Assembly: GCA_010093605.1 (NCBI GenBank)
Contig: MU004188.1
Span: 189,673-253,672, forward strand
Direction: 5' to 3'
Length of the DNA: 64,000 nucleotides
Source: Lophium mytilinum
Lineage: Eukaryota
In this document: positions 1-12,425 of the stretch, in pieces
How the letters are laid out: every line of letters starts with the position of its first letter
How positions within the stretch are numbered: the stretch's first letter is position 1
Made by a program: the position numbers and the translations under genes
Notes under the pieces: model-generated
Seen by the model: only the letters and a program-made list of their open reading frames with translations
Told to the model about the DNA's origin: nothing
The model's database searches: none

Positions 1-657
1 CGATAAAGTGTCATATCGGGATATCGGCACGGGAAATGGATATTTCTTCTGCTCTTGTGGTCCTTGTTGTACTGTTACTACTAACTCGTAGAACGTCTCA
101 GCCGTCCGCGATGGTAGTTGTAGGCTTGCGGGCGGTACTCTTCGGGCCACTTCTTCACCTCCGCGTCCGTACGGTATAAATATTACAAAGGGTAGGTCCA
201 TGCTTAGTACGCTTTCGCATTCCTTCCCAGTGGGACACCTGAATAGCAGCATCTCCTTGCCTACGATGTCGGTGATCTCCTTGCGGGGTGCAGCAAGGTG
301 CTTCTTCGTTATTGATTCGGCCGAGGGGTGTATGGTCTCGCGACGGTGCAGAGCAATGGTCACGAGTGAGACGAGGACTGGGGCGCTGACACCTTTGTCA
401 GGTCGGATTTCCACTTTGCCTTCTATTCTAGGCTACACACATCACAGGTTAGCAAATCTATAGTAAATCAAGAACATGGCCTAGGTCTTGGACATGACAT
501 TTGGAAAGGTATTGCGATAGGCCCACTATGCGCCTATAGCGATCTATCCCCCGCCATGCATAAGGAAAGTCTCACGTACCAGCGTGGCCGAGATTCCCGG
601 GTAGCCGACCAAGAAATTACTGTTGGGCGGCCCCGAGACGCGCACAAACGCCGCCAT
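1..657 (-). CDS. Arrestin-like conserved fungal protein (probably Art1/Rgl1 family), 5' part; runs off the left edge
   Basis: Exon 1 (657-580) reads MAAFVRVSGPPNSNFLVGYPGISATL. Intron 579-433 has GTACGT...GCTAAC...TAG. Exon 2 reads PRIEGKVEIRP...SMDLPFVIFIPYGRGG...PPASLQLPSRTAETFYELVV and is open to position 1. Family recalled from the N-terminal motif, not searched. Confidence 0.7.
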
Positions 658-1475
658 CTTATCTCGTGGCTCTGGGAGGGAGCGGTATGCGGTCGTCGTC
701 GGCGCTGGCCTTCCACCGCTCCTGGAACTGCATGGAACCGCCCGTCTTGCGGGGTGTCTCCCTCACTAGGCTCCGAGGCTGGTGAGCACACGGGTCGAGC
801 GAATGCAGGTGCTGGTGTCGACTATGCCGCGCTCTCGATCAGGTTATAGATATTGCTCCGTCTCTTATGGTCAGGCTCTCGAGCTGTCACGCCTCGAGCT
901 CAGCGCGCCGGCTGTGGGCGCTCTCGCGGTCGAATTCGAGCGGGCCTAGGTGGAGAGAAGGAAGCTCAGAGAATAGTCGGCGGAGGGGTGGCGAACGGAC
1001 AGGAATGTTGAGGCGTGGGCGGTGGTGAGAGTGTGGTGAGCGGTGGAGGTGGTAGGGCTGTGGTGATCGTGGAGGGATCAGCTCTGTGATAGGGCAGGCG
1101 TTTCGCAGCAGCGAACGGTGGGGTAGCCGTATGGGTATAATGATGCGCTCGGCACGGCGTATGGTGAATTGTATAGTCCTGAGCAGGGCGGGACGTTCGG
1201 GAGGAGCAGTGTCAGTGAGCGGACGGCATAGGGCTCCGTAGCCGGTGAGGCGCACCGCGGGCTGGGCGTTGGTGGAGTGGTGGTGGAGGTGGCAGGGCAG
1301 TTCGTCGAGGGCGTGAGCGCAAGGACACGATGGGGCTGAAGCTGAAGTTAAGGCCTCTGGACGAGCCCAGCTGCTACGCCATATCAACACGACAAAACTC
1401 TACTACTACGTCAGTGTAAACATCGCCATCGCCAGCACCCGCAGCCGTGGTCTACTGCGCTGCCCTTAAGTCGCC

Positions 1476-2286
1476 ATGTCTGTCACGGTACGTCAAATCA
1501 TGCATTACCTCACTCTCCACCATGGACCAATCCCCCAATTCCCCGAACCCGGCTCCCTTCATGTCCTATCACCACCACCCCCACCATCTGTCGTCCGCAT
1601 CCCCACAGCACGTAAGCCAGCTGAGGCGCGACACGACATGTCTTACCAATGCTATACATTTTCCCAGCATACTCATAGCCTCATGACGCCAGCATGCATT
1701 TCCGGTCCCATCATCGTTAAATCTCATAACATCTCCAACATAGCCTCAAGCTTCACCGAGCTACAAAATAGACCTACCACTAATCACACAACCAACACAG
1801 CTCCACACAACCCACGGCGAGCTCAAACTCGAGCTCTTCTGCGAGTCCACCCCCAGCACCTGCGAGAACTTCCTCGCCCTCTGCGCCTCCTCCGCCTACA
1901 ATGGCTCCGACTTCCACCGCCTCATCCCCGGCTTCATGATCCAGACCGGCTCTCCCGCCAGCGACCCAAAACACAAGTCCTCGAGCTCCATTTACCCTAC
2001 CCACAACGCCCTCTTCGAAGACGAGATCCGCCCCGCATTACGGCACAATGCGCGCGGTATTGTGGCCATGGCGAATAAGGGACCAAATACCAATGGGTCG
2101 CAGTTCTTCATTACGTTTGCACCGGCGCCGCATTTGGATGGGAAGAATACCGTGTTCGGCAAGGTGATTGAGGGGTTCGAGACGCTGGACGCGTTGGAAG
2201 CGGTGGAGGTTGATAAGAAGGGGAGGCCGAAAGGCACGGTGAGGATAGAGAAGGTGCAGATACACGCGAATCCGCTTGCTGGGTAG
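1476..2286 (+). CDS. CYP10: Cyclophilin-type peptidyl-prolyl isomerase, PPIL3/Cyp10 type
   Basis: MSVT, intron 1488-1800, then LHTTHGELKLELFCESTPSTCENFLALCAS...FHRLIPGFMIQTG...MANKGPNTNGSQFFITF...HLDGKNTVFGKVIEG...IHANPLAG. Confidence 0.93.
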
Positions 2287-3465
2287 GGCACTAATCGAAG
2301 CGTTTGGCATTGTACACGGGCTGAATTGAGGTTTTGGGGGCGTATACGGGAAAAATGATATCAGGGCTTGGGAGCGTTCCCCTGGCACAGCCAATGGTTG
2401 GGGCCTTCTATCTACTCATTTCCATGCAATCTAAAAGGAGAAGAGCGTCAGAACTGAGAACTCGGAGGATATTGACGTTTGAGCAAGCTGATTGGGCCGC
2501 TTTTTGAACAACTTTCACGTGGGTCCTTGATATCGGACTTTCTTCCGATTGAACCTTCTATTGGTTAACCTAATCCCATAGTTCAGAGTGGAGTGCTAGT
2601 CATTAGCATGCCAAACACAAGTCCGAATCGCACGGACTGGCCTCCGATCATACATCCGAAAGCCTTAGAATACTCCATACTACCGCGCTCCAATTCACGG
2701 TATCCCCGTTTTTATCTACATACTTTTAGCATGAAGAAATCCTCTCTACTCACAGTCGCCGCTATGCCGCGTCTACTGGAGGTTCCCTGGGCTCGTAACC
2801 AATGGATTCAAAGATCTTCTTGAGCGCGGCAACAATTCCAGCGATAATCACAAGTCTGTGCATCCGTTTGCGAGTGCTAGGGGCGCCCCGCGAGTTTTAT
2901 ATCATGCGACCGAATTCGAGCTCCTGTTTCATTAAACGGTGTCCAAGCATGAAAAAGCGAGCTTTACTGCCTTACATACCTGCCTTCTCAGTTGTTCTGC
3001 ATCTACCGTTTGTCCTGCCGAGCCGTCAAATGGGGGCGAAGGGCTAAGCCCTCCATCTCATCTTTACCCAGATACCCCGCTGCACTGTAGGCTCTGCGAT
3101 GCTGAGAACTCAGACGCCAGGCTGAAAGTTGAAGGGGGGTAGGGAATCGTTCGCGATTGGCTAAGAATATGGTCAGCCTTGCTACACAACACCTCAGCTC
3201 TAAGATTCACCAGTTGTTCGGCACTTATAAATAACCACGGCGTCAAGGTGATAGATAAGAACAGTTTAAGCTCATCATATTACGTGACGTGTTCCCAATA
3301 GGCGAACTGGCGCATCAGAAGCAACGAGGCTGAAACTCCTGATGTATATAGGTAGGCGTTGTCCAGCCGCTGGCATGCAACCCATTCTTGCTCAATCTTC
3401 GTACACCGGCAAAAGGTCAATTTGTGCGTTCCTACGTAGTGTAATCAGCATACCTCGAATTCAAA

Positions 3466-4327
3466 ATGAATCATCAACAGTCTACCCTTCAACAGCTGAC
3501 GAAAGAGTACCACCGTCTCCAGGACAATGCGGACGATGAATTCAAGCATTGCGAAGAGATCTATGAGAACCTCGCGGATGCGAGCCAGGACGAAAAGAGA
3601 GACCAGCTGATAGAAGCGAGAGGGCACCTTAGTCGAGCATCCGATAATTTGCACGAGTATATTTTTCTCCCATGAGCTTCATACCGCAGCGCTCATTGAC
3701 GAATGAACACAGCTCTCTCGATCTCCGACACCAAGCGTATCACCATCTCGGAGTCGACGAGGGACACCAAAAGTGGGAAGAGAGACTGCAAAGCTGGATC
3801 ACCAAGAACAGGGCCCTCGACCGCAAATACGCTCTCGAACATCTCGAGCTGTGTTCGCTGGAGGAGTGAGTTAGCTCAGATTGTGTTTGTTACAAAACCA
3901 GACACTGAGCACCACCTGCAGATCAGAACAACGCCGAGAAGAGTGGCAGCAATTCCGGCGTAAACAGGAGGAGTTGAAAGCCTTCAAAAGAGAACTGGAG
4001 GCCCAGGACCAACACATGCTGCCAGTGTTTGGGCCACACGAATTGCCGCGCGCGCAGCCTGTGACGTGGAAAAAGACCGTCTGGCAGAAGGGCAATGTGG
4101 CTCCAGCTGTTAACGACGGCCCTGCGACGCAACAGACGAAGCGGATTTCATTCCGGCTTCCCTCTGTGCAGGTGCCAGCAGATCGGATGCCGACGTACCA
4201 GACGCCGGCGCAACAGGCGATGGCGGGTTACACGCCGCCGTACCAGATGCGGGCACTACAGACATTGACGCATCACACGCCGGTGTGCCAGGAGCGGGAT
4301 GCTGAGACAGATGACTACGGTTACTGA
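3466..4327 (+). CDS. Hypothetical helical/coiled-coil protein, 3 exons
   Basis: ORFs 3466, 3672 and 3881 join in frame through two short introns (GTATAT...CAG at about 3657-3712; GTGAGT...CAG at about 3866-3921). E/Q/R/K-rich; no family recognised. Confidence 0.6.
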
Positions 4328-4904
4328 AAGATCGCCATGGGCGATGACGGATGTTAGAGCGCAGATTAGAGCAGGAAAGATGGGGTGTGTGCTCATCGTT
4401 ACGGGGCCTAGCAGCTTGCTATTTGCGAGAGAGGTCGGTCTGGGCAGGTTGAAAACAAAAAGTACAGTTTGGAGTCTTCATGCCCTCCTTACTTTTCGGG
4501 AGGCCTTTCAGATGACCCGGGAAATAGTGGAACCTGATTCGCAAATGCGGTTAGACTAATTCGACAGCATCACATTTAGAGCTCTTCGGCGCTTCTTCGT
4601 CTATGGTGTTGACCGCTGTATCCGTGGTCTGGCTCGTATGTTTCTATGGTGTGGGAAAAGGGAATGCGATCCATCTTCACAGGATAGTCGACATGGATAA
4701 GTACGCTTCATTGGTTGGCATTGAGGTGGTAGTAAGGTGCGTATAGACGGCGAAAGCGCTTTCCATGGCATGTGACTGGTAATTTTATTATGTATATTAA
4801 CCAGCCCAGGACCTAACCGATTCAAACAATCTAGTCTAGACTTCACGAAGAGGAGTTGAATAACGTAACCACTTCCATGGCGAGAACCTCGCTGACCTCA
4901 CCCG

Positions 4905-7522
4905 TTAGAAGCTGTCCTCTTTCTTCCCATCGTAGACAGGCGCAGCGTGGGCCCCTACATTCGCCCCACCTTTCTCCTCCACAACCCCATCGGAGGAGTC
5001 ATCGTAGCGATGTTGATGCCGATGGTGATCGAACTCGTCCCCATGGCTTGCTTTAGCGCCTTTCCCAAAGAGAGCTTTTGCCCACGATAGCAGAAGGTGG
5101 CGGCCCTCGATGATGGGGAAGATGGTGACGCTGAAGAAGGAGGAGAAGGCCCAGAGCAGCGATACAATCACCCAGCCGGTGAAGAACTTTTTGCTGAATT
5201 TGTAGGCGGTGCCGTACATCCTATCTTTATGTTAGCGTCTGCTTCATTATTGCTGGTCTCTCTCTTCCGAGCGATGGAGCGGTGTGTGATTTTGAGAAAG
5301 CAAGACTCCCGCATCGGGAAATAAACTTACGACAGAGGCCAGATGATGAACAAAGACAGGAAGAGGACTAAAGTGATCGCACGCGCGATATAAGCCGCCT
5401 TGCGGAGACGTTCTGGGTCGTAGGTCGGGTCCTCGTAGGCGACGTCTTTGTCGTTTCCTTCGTCGTCTGTCAAACGAATTGCGCCGAGGGTTTCCCATCC
5501 GTAATTGGCGTTTTGGAATATAGAGATGACGATTGTGACGACGGCGGCGGCGCCGATTCCTGCGATGCATCCGTACAAGCAGGGATCGGTGGCTCCGACG
5601 GAGGCGATGGTTACTTCTCCGGAGAAGCGTTGGGCGAGTGTGAGCTGTGAGGGCAAGATGTAAGTCAAGTTTTCGTTCAGATTCTGAGGAGGAGTGGCAT
5701 ACCCAAGTAATCACCGCGGCGAAGAAGCCGGTCCATATGGATGCGGTGGCTGCTAGTGCGCCCTGTCGGGAGGAGAAGAAGGTACCCACGAGGGCTGGAA
5801 GGGCGGACCCGGTGAAGATTCCTGTCATGTTCTGGGGATTGTTAGTGGGTAATTCTATTTTTGTTCGTGTACATGTGATGATACTCACGTAGATGAAGCC
5901 CAAGTCAATCTTCACTCCGTGGAGCATGGTACCAAAGGCAGCCATGAAGATCGCAAATCCGGCAACACACCAGTGACCGGCTCTAAGAACCTGTTGATCA
6001 GTGGCTTTCTTGTTGATGTCTGAGAGAACTAGTGTCAGCGAAACTATCTCCCGATGACTGTCGAAAGGAAGAACTTACAGGTCTTGTATACATCGTATGA
6101 AAGAACAGTAGAAACACCAATCATTTGACTCGAGATAGCAGATGTGCAACTCATAAACATCAATACAAGGACTTCAGAATTCGTAGCATGTTAGTATCTT
6201 CCTCGTTGGGTGAGTAAGGGAGCAGCTTCCGGACTCACCTGCACCAGCACCACCTTTTCCGGCAATTGTTTGAGCAGCATATGGCAACGCTAGCCCAGCT
6301 CCGATCTCCTGGGCGTTCATCCTCCTCGGGTACGTAGGGAATGCAGGCGTGTTCTCAAGAGCAACAGCCACAATGCCCATCGTCGTAGCCAAAGTAAACG
6401 GCATAGCGTACCATGCCAAACCTCCAAGAACGTACCCAGGAACAGCGGCGGCAGGATCGGCGGCAATTCCTTTTTGATGGAAAGAGTTGTCAAGGAACAC
6501 AACACCGGTATATTCGAGGATACTGAGAATGGCGAATTTGAGAGCGCCGAGGGAGCGGATTGTGAGATAGCTTCCCTCGCTGGTGGGTGCAGAGTAGTCG
6601 TTTCGCTTGGCGGCCTCGATGAGTAGATCCCACATCTTTCCTGGTGATCCAATCTGAGATCCACTGGCGAACACTTTGAACCAAAAGGTCAGGATGATGA
6701 TCAGAATGATAGCTGTGTGAAGCTAGAGCAAGTCAGATTAGAATATTCAGCTTTGACATGGAGTAAGCGACGTACATAGTCGGTCAAGATGGTCGCTCTC
6801 AAACCACCGCGCATAGTATATGCGGCGACGCTGAGAGGGAGCAGCCAAAGACTAGCATAGACACTCATTCCAGTCAACGAATTGATAGCAGCGGCACCTC
6901 CGATCAGAATGGAGGAAACAACCAAGATGTTTGAAGCCAGACTGAAGAACATGAACGACCAATGGGCGACGGTGCCGTATCTAACTCGGATGATTTCAAG
7001 GAACGTTCGGGCATTGGGGGCCTTTCTTTTGGTTTGCTTTGGGACATCAGTGGCTTGTTCTTCTAAGTACAGGAGTGCGGATGCGACTAACAATGGCCAA
7101 GTTACTGAATATCATGATTTGCGTGCTGTTGCAGGCAGCGTAGAAGAATGAGCCAGCAACACCATAGACGTAAGCCACAGTGACCGAGGAGAGCAGAGTG
7201 GTACTCCATGTCCAGGATGATGTTACACCGGCGGCAGTCAAACCGGTGCCCAGTGATCTCTTGGCAACTATGTTTGGTCATTAAGAGATTCGTGAAGGCA
7301 TAGAGAAGTAACTTACCCGTGAACTCTTCGGCGTTCTCGATGTTCCCTCGCCTCTTCATGACCTCGGTGACGGCCATCATGCCAAAGGCAAAGAGAGCCC
7401 CGAGACCCACCACAACTCCATACCCAGCACCCTGAGTAAAGAAATGTCAGAATTAGGGAAAGGAGTGGAATCTTGATGCAACTTGCCTGTGACAAAGGTA
7501 TCGTGACAACTGTGTCAGCCAT
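4905..7522 (-). CDS. DUR3: Urea active transporter, sodium:solute symporter family
   Basis: Multi-exon: [101 protein letters not shown]. Confidence 0.9.
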
Positions 7523-8760
7523 ACCTGCAGCGTGTCCCTGTGATGCTGAGTTGGGGCGATAGGAGCTGAAGATCTGGGTATGAAGCAGTCGCACCAGTGG
7601 TCGGTAGCTTTGGAGGTATATATGTAGATATCTAAATTCGAACGAACAAGATCAGATCACGCAAGTTCTTAGCCCTCACATTTCCAGCGCGACGGATCCG
7701 ACATCTAGATTTCGATCTGCGCCCCATCTTAAAAGGTTCCGCAGATCGGTAGCGAGCCGGTACTTCTGGCTGTGCGGCGCTGCAGACCTGACAAAAGAAA
7801 GTCATCGGATTTCCTATTAGAAGATGAACCTTCTCTAAGTGGCGTGGGGGTATACAATGTGCCCAAGTCCCTGTTTTCGTTTCAGGAATAGTGGACCCTC
7901 CACGTTTGATCTTATATAGATTCGTGTGTTAGATCAGCTGAAACCAAAACAAATTCAATCCGAAAGGTGGACTTGAGTGGGTAGGGCTAGATTAAGTCAG
8001 CACGGCAGTCAGTCAAAAACACGGTGTGCATTGTTAATTTACCGTAAGCGTCGGCGTCAGACTTAAATCTCATGGCAGCCATTGATAACATGGATCCAAT
8101 GGGTCGGAATAATCCCCGAACCTAAAAGCGACCTCAGGAAATGCTAGGTTTGACGGCTGAGATGCTATCCGGCCAAACACGTCTACGTATGTGGAATGGT
8201 TGGTGGTATAGTGCATGGAAATACAGAAACGCAACGAATTAGAGCTCTCGCGACTTGACGATCCTGAGCACGTGCTAGTCACGCAAGCTGGGGCTAATGG
8301 AATTTGACGATTGCCAGTTTCTTCGGTTTATGGCGACATATTGAGGCTTAATTCGACTTCAGTTAACACAGGGCCCAGGCCTAGAGTCACCCCCTGCTCA
8401 ACCTTATCTCAAACCCGGCCGCTTCTCTAGGGGATCTGTGGCGCTGCATAGTGTGAGGTACGGGACCCCTAGGGAGGTCACGAATTTGGTTGCAATAATA
8501 AAGTAATAAAAGCTGGCGCCCTAGCGACGACGGCCTCTTGTTGGCTCAGCTTGGCTCTGGAAAAGGTTGTGGTTGGCTGAAATTGCGCCCGTGCACGACG
8601 CCTCCGAATCTTTCCAAGGTTCTTTCTATTAAATTGAGTTTCGAACGCGATTCGCGCCTATGACTTGTTACGTTTGAATAGCATGGAATATTTCTTAACG
8701 TACTTACAAAGTGAAGCTCCTGAACATTGCATTCGTTAACCAACTCACAGACTTCGCGGT

Positions 8761-9746
8761 TTATTGCTGTAACCATTGCCAAGCCGGGTAAGACCTTCTA
8801 GTTCCGGTCCGTTCGTTGCGTACATAATAGGTAAAGGATTCCCTACAGACGGTGGGTCGTAGGACAAGTTGCAGATATATGTTATGCATACTGGATCTGT
8901 CTTGGGCCCGGATTGCATCTTACTCGCCGCCTTTCTCATCCTCTGTCCCGCCCGATTCGACTTCATTGTCAAATTTGACACGTGTGTATCGTCTCGCATA
9001 GCTGTAAACAGCCATCTGGACGACCAAGAGCATAGTAAGCAGCTCGGAGTTGTTGACGTGCGCCGTATACGGACCATCGGCAAGGAAATAACGCAGCCAG
9101 ATGACATGGACGAAGTTGTCGACAACGAGAATATATCCTAGACGCATAGTTAAATCCCTCCACGAGAAGTAGACTGGCTTTTGGTCGGGTTTAAAGCGGT
9201 ACAGAACAGAACCATCGACGTCTCTTATCGCTCTTGAGGCCTGCAAGTTTTGTCAACCGATGTTTCAGGATATCTCTGCACGGCGTGAAGACTTACCTCA
9301 TCATAGGAGTAATCTTGGTATCTCCCCGGATAGATCCAGTCCCAGAGTCGCCACTCGCTTATGAGGCCGAAGACGACAGGCTTGAAAGGAGAGGCGGAGA
9401 AAAAGGGCAGCATCTGCCAGTCCGCGGGATCATTGGGCCCGGTGCGGAAGTCGAGGATGCAAAAAGCTGAAAGTAGCGTGAGCCATCGTATCGCAAGGGA
9501 TGTGAGAAACAGCGACCAGAACATTGCGTTTTTGACTTTTGCTAGCTGACTTTTGCATTGCAACAAGCTGTAGAGCTGTAGGAATAGGACGGGGATCCAC
9601 AGCGAGAGTTTTGGTGACTCGGGGAACTTCCAGTAGGCGCGGTCTAGTGACGACTGTCGGTAGAGGACGAGGATACGATAGAGGGCTATCGTAAAGAAGG
9701 CCGCGGTTGGCAACCAGAGTATGGCTGCCCTCCGAAGGGTATGCAT
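8761..9746 (-). CDS. Hypothetical multi-pass membrane protein
   Basis: Hydrophobic ORF from MHTLRRAAILW joins ORF 8920-9246 in frame via a GTAAGT...CAG intron (about 9296-9241). A possible third exon ends at TAA 8761-8763. Start and end uncertain. Confidence 0.5.
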
Positions 9747-10457
9747 CGCTGCTGCAACTGAGGTGGGGAGCTGATAGCGAAGAAAGACTCGCAAGAAGGC
9801 TACGTAGTAAACTTTATGGTGTGAAAATAAGGTCGGCAAATGTGTTGAAGTAGAGGTCGCAAAGTTTACTGCAATCAAAGAGGTAGAGTCCCAGAATTTC
9901 AATCCCGTGGGGCTATTTCGGGCTATGATGGAGAACCATGGAACGATCGTGGCCCAGAATATCTATGCCAAGTCACCAAAAACATGACACCTTCTCCCTA
10001 CGATAGATTTAGTATTAGCGAGAAGTAGTATATAGTGTTGAGAGGATTTCTACATACAATGACAACCCGGAAGTCTGTGCACATCTCTTTGACATGGCTT
10101 AGGGTACCCCCATAGAATTTCGATAACTCAAAGCCGATGTCCAATTCCAAGTAGTGCAATCTAGACTGCCTTTTGACTGACTAGCTACTGAGTAGCCAAG
10201 CTACCCCTTACAGTGGTGTTGATTGAGCAAGATTTGGAGCCACGTAGTGATAAACGCGTGTGCCCAAGACTCATGACCCATTACTATACATTACTCCTCT
10301 ACGCCGAGAACAAAGGCAGCCAATTAGCAGTTGGATGAGAGAGAAGTCTGCATCCCAACTGGGCATTTCGAACTTCAGCCCGTATTATCCTTTGGACATT
10401 CATTCCCTATCTCGTAGAACATGGCCAGGCTTGCTAGTCTAGGCCTTCTTCTCGCTT

Positions 10458-11553
10458 TCATGATCTCCTACCCTCTTCAACATACTGTCCGTCAATTTCG
10501 ACTGGTATCTCATTCACAGCCAACTCATGAATAACATGCGGCGTGACATCCATCTCGACGGGCTCCGGTCTTTTCTTTTCCGTGGCAGGCAACTCCGATT
10601 TTGCTTGCTCCGGTCCATCCCTCGCGGCCTGCAATGCCTTCTTCAAGCGGCGAATGTACAGGTATACGCCGCCTGCGATCAGTGCGACCACTATGACGGC
10701 ACCAATACCAATGCCAGCTTTAGCACCGGCTGAGAGGCCGCCATTGGGTGAATGGGATGCCGAAGGCTGCGAAGAGGTTGGCTGCTGGGTACTGGTGAGC
10801 GATGAGGATGGGGCTGTATTGCTAGAATTTGCAGCAGCCAGCGAGACGCTTAATGCCGACGACGAGCTTGCTAATAGCTTAACAATTGCGGTATCTGTAG
10901 CTTCCCATGCCACTGTTATTCCAGCATATGCCACTGTTGCGATGTATGTAACTGGAGAAGCCGTGAAGCTGTAGTAGACCGGTTGCTGTCCAGTGGCGGA
11001 GATGTTCGGGAACAAGAAGATCGGGGTAATGGAGGAGGATACGGGCACGTAGCTAAAGCATTGGGCGGAGTAGTCTCCTTGGTAATCGTAATGGTTGCAT
11101 TGAAACCCACTGTTTCTCGGTTAGCTATTCATGGCCTTGATAGATGGGGCTATGGAGGTCGTACGTCGGGCAACAGACTTGCGCAGTGATATTGGGTGCG
11201 AAATATAATTCCGAGATTGGACTACAGGCGGCAGTATATCCGTGTGGGCAAAGTCCAGGGGAGTAGTAGGGAAATACAGTGGCCGAACTGTTATAACTAC
11301 CGGGCTCGCATTCTCGGTGGTCGTTGCCAGAATAGGAGCATGCTGTATTGATGAGAGCTACATCAGAACGATTCTGATCGTTTGGGAAAAAGCAGGGCGT
11401 TGCACAAGATGCCGGTGGGGTAAAAACTGAGGTGAGGCTTGCAACGTTTGCGGCGAGGAGTTGATAGGAAGTTCCATGAGCGGTGAGAGTGACAGTGGTG
11501 CTGGTTGTGTCTACAATGGCAGTAATTGTGGTTAAGTGTTCAGGGCTCTCCAT
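10458..11553 (-). CDS. Single-pass membrane protein with Cys-rich and Ser/Thr-rich ectodomain (Mid2-like architecture)
   Basis: LTSVFTPPASC...YYSPGLCPHGYTAAC...VCCPT, one intron at about 11165-11110, an S/T-rich stalk, TM segment GLSAGAKAGIGIGAVIVVALIAGGVYLYIRR, and a tail with EL/EM/EI motifs. Confidence 0.75.
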
Positions 11554-12425
11554 TTTTACGATTGAATGGACTCGTCGCGGTCGCAAGATTCGAGAAGAGG
11601 AGGCTGCTCCATTCCCTCAATCAACCTCGGGCATGTTTCCAAGTCTATTTCTGGAGGAATCAGGATCGTCCACCATGTCTGGTCCTGTGACTGGTATTAA
11701 AGAATCTCCACACAAACGGGGCGTAGATAAGCACGTCGAAGATAATGCAGCTTCAGCCTGTTATGTGCTCCTAGTATTCCTTTTTCTTGGCGACAGGTAT
11801 ACTTCGGCGAATTAGACTCTGGGGACCAAAGCTGCAGCTTCCCCCGCTCTGCCCTCAAACAGGCCGACTTTTAGCGCACAAAGCCTCTTTATTCCAAGCC
11901 CTCGACGCCCGTAGGTCTCGGAAGCTTTAGAATGCGCCGAGGCACCTCAAACCGTGTCAAACCGTAGTGGCGTAGAGATCTCGCACCCCGCCGTTCATGA
12001 TTGGGGGCGCTGTGGGAGTTGAGAAAAGATGAGGGCCAGAGAGACTTGGGAGGTAGGAAAGGGTAATGAGGAGACGAGGACCAGGACGCATTGAGGAGCG
12101 CGCGAGCTGCAGAAGAGAGGGTTCGAAAAGAGAGAATAGACGCACAGGGCCAAACTTGCTCGTCAGAAACACAATCGAAGGGGTATTAATGACAGTTCTT
12201 GGAGAGGTATCTCACTGAGAAAGCCGGATATCAAACACCCACCCAACCGTATACGAAATTTTCAGCGCCAACATCAACAAACGCACCTGAAACCAATCCC
12301 TACCCGTAAACGCCCAACCCATCCTTTCTAAACTCCAATCACGTGTTCCGAATATAATGAACCAACCCTTGTACTTGTCCCCTGATCCCTTATTTTCTCA
12401 CCCGATCTCCCATTTTCATATATGA

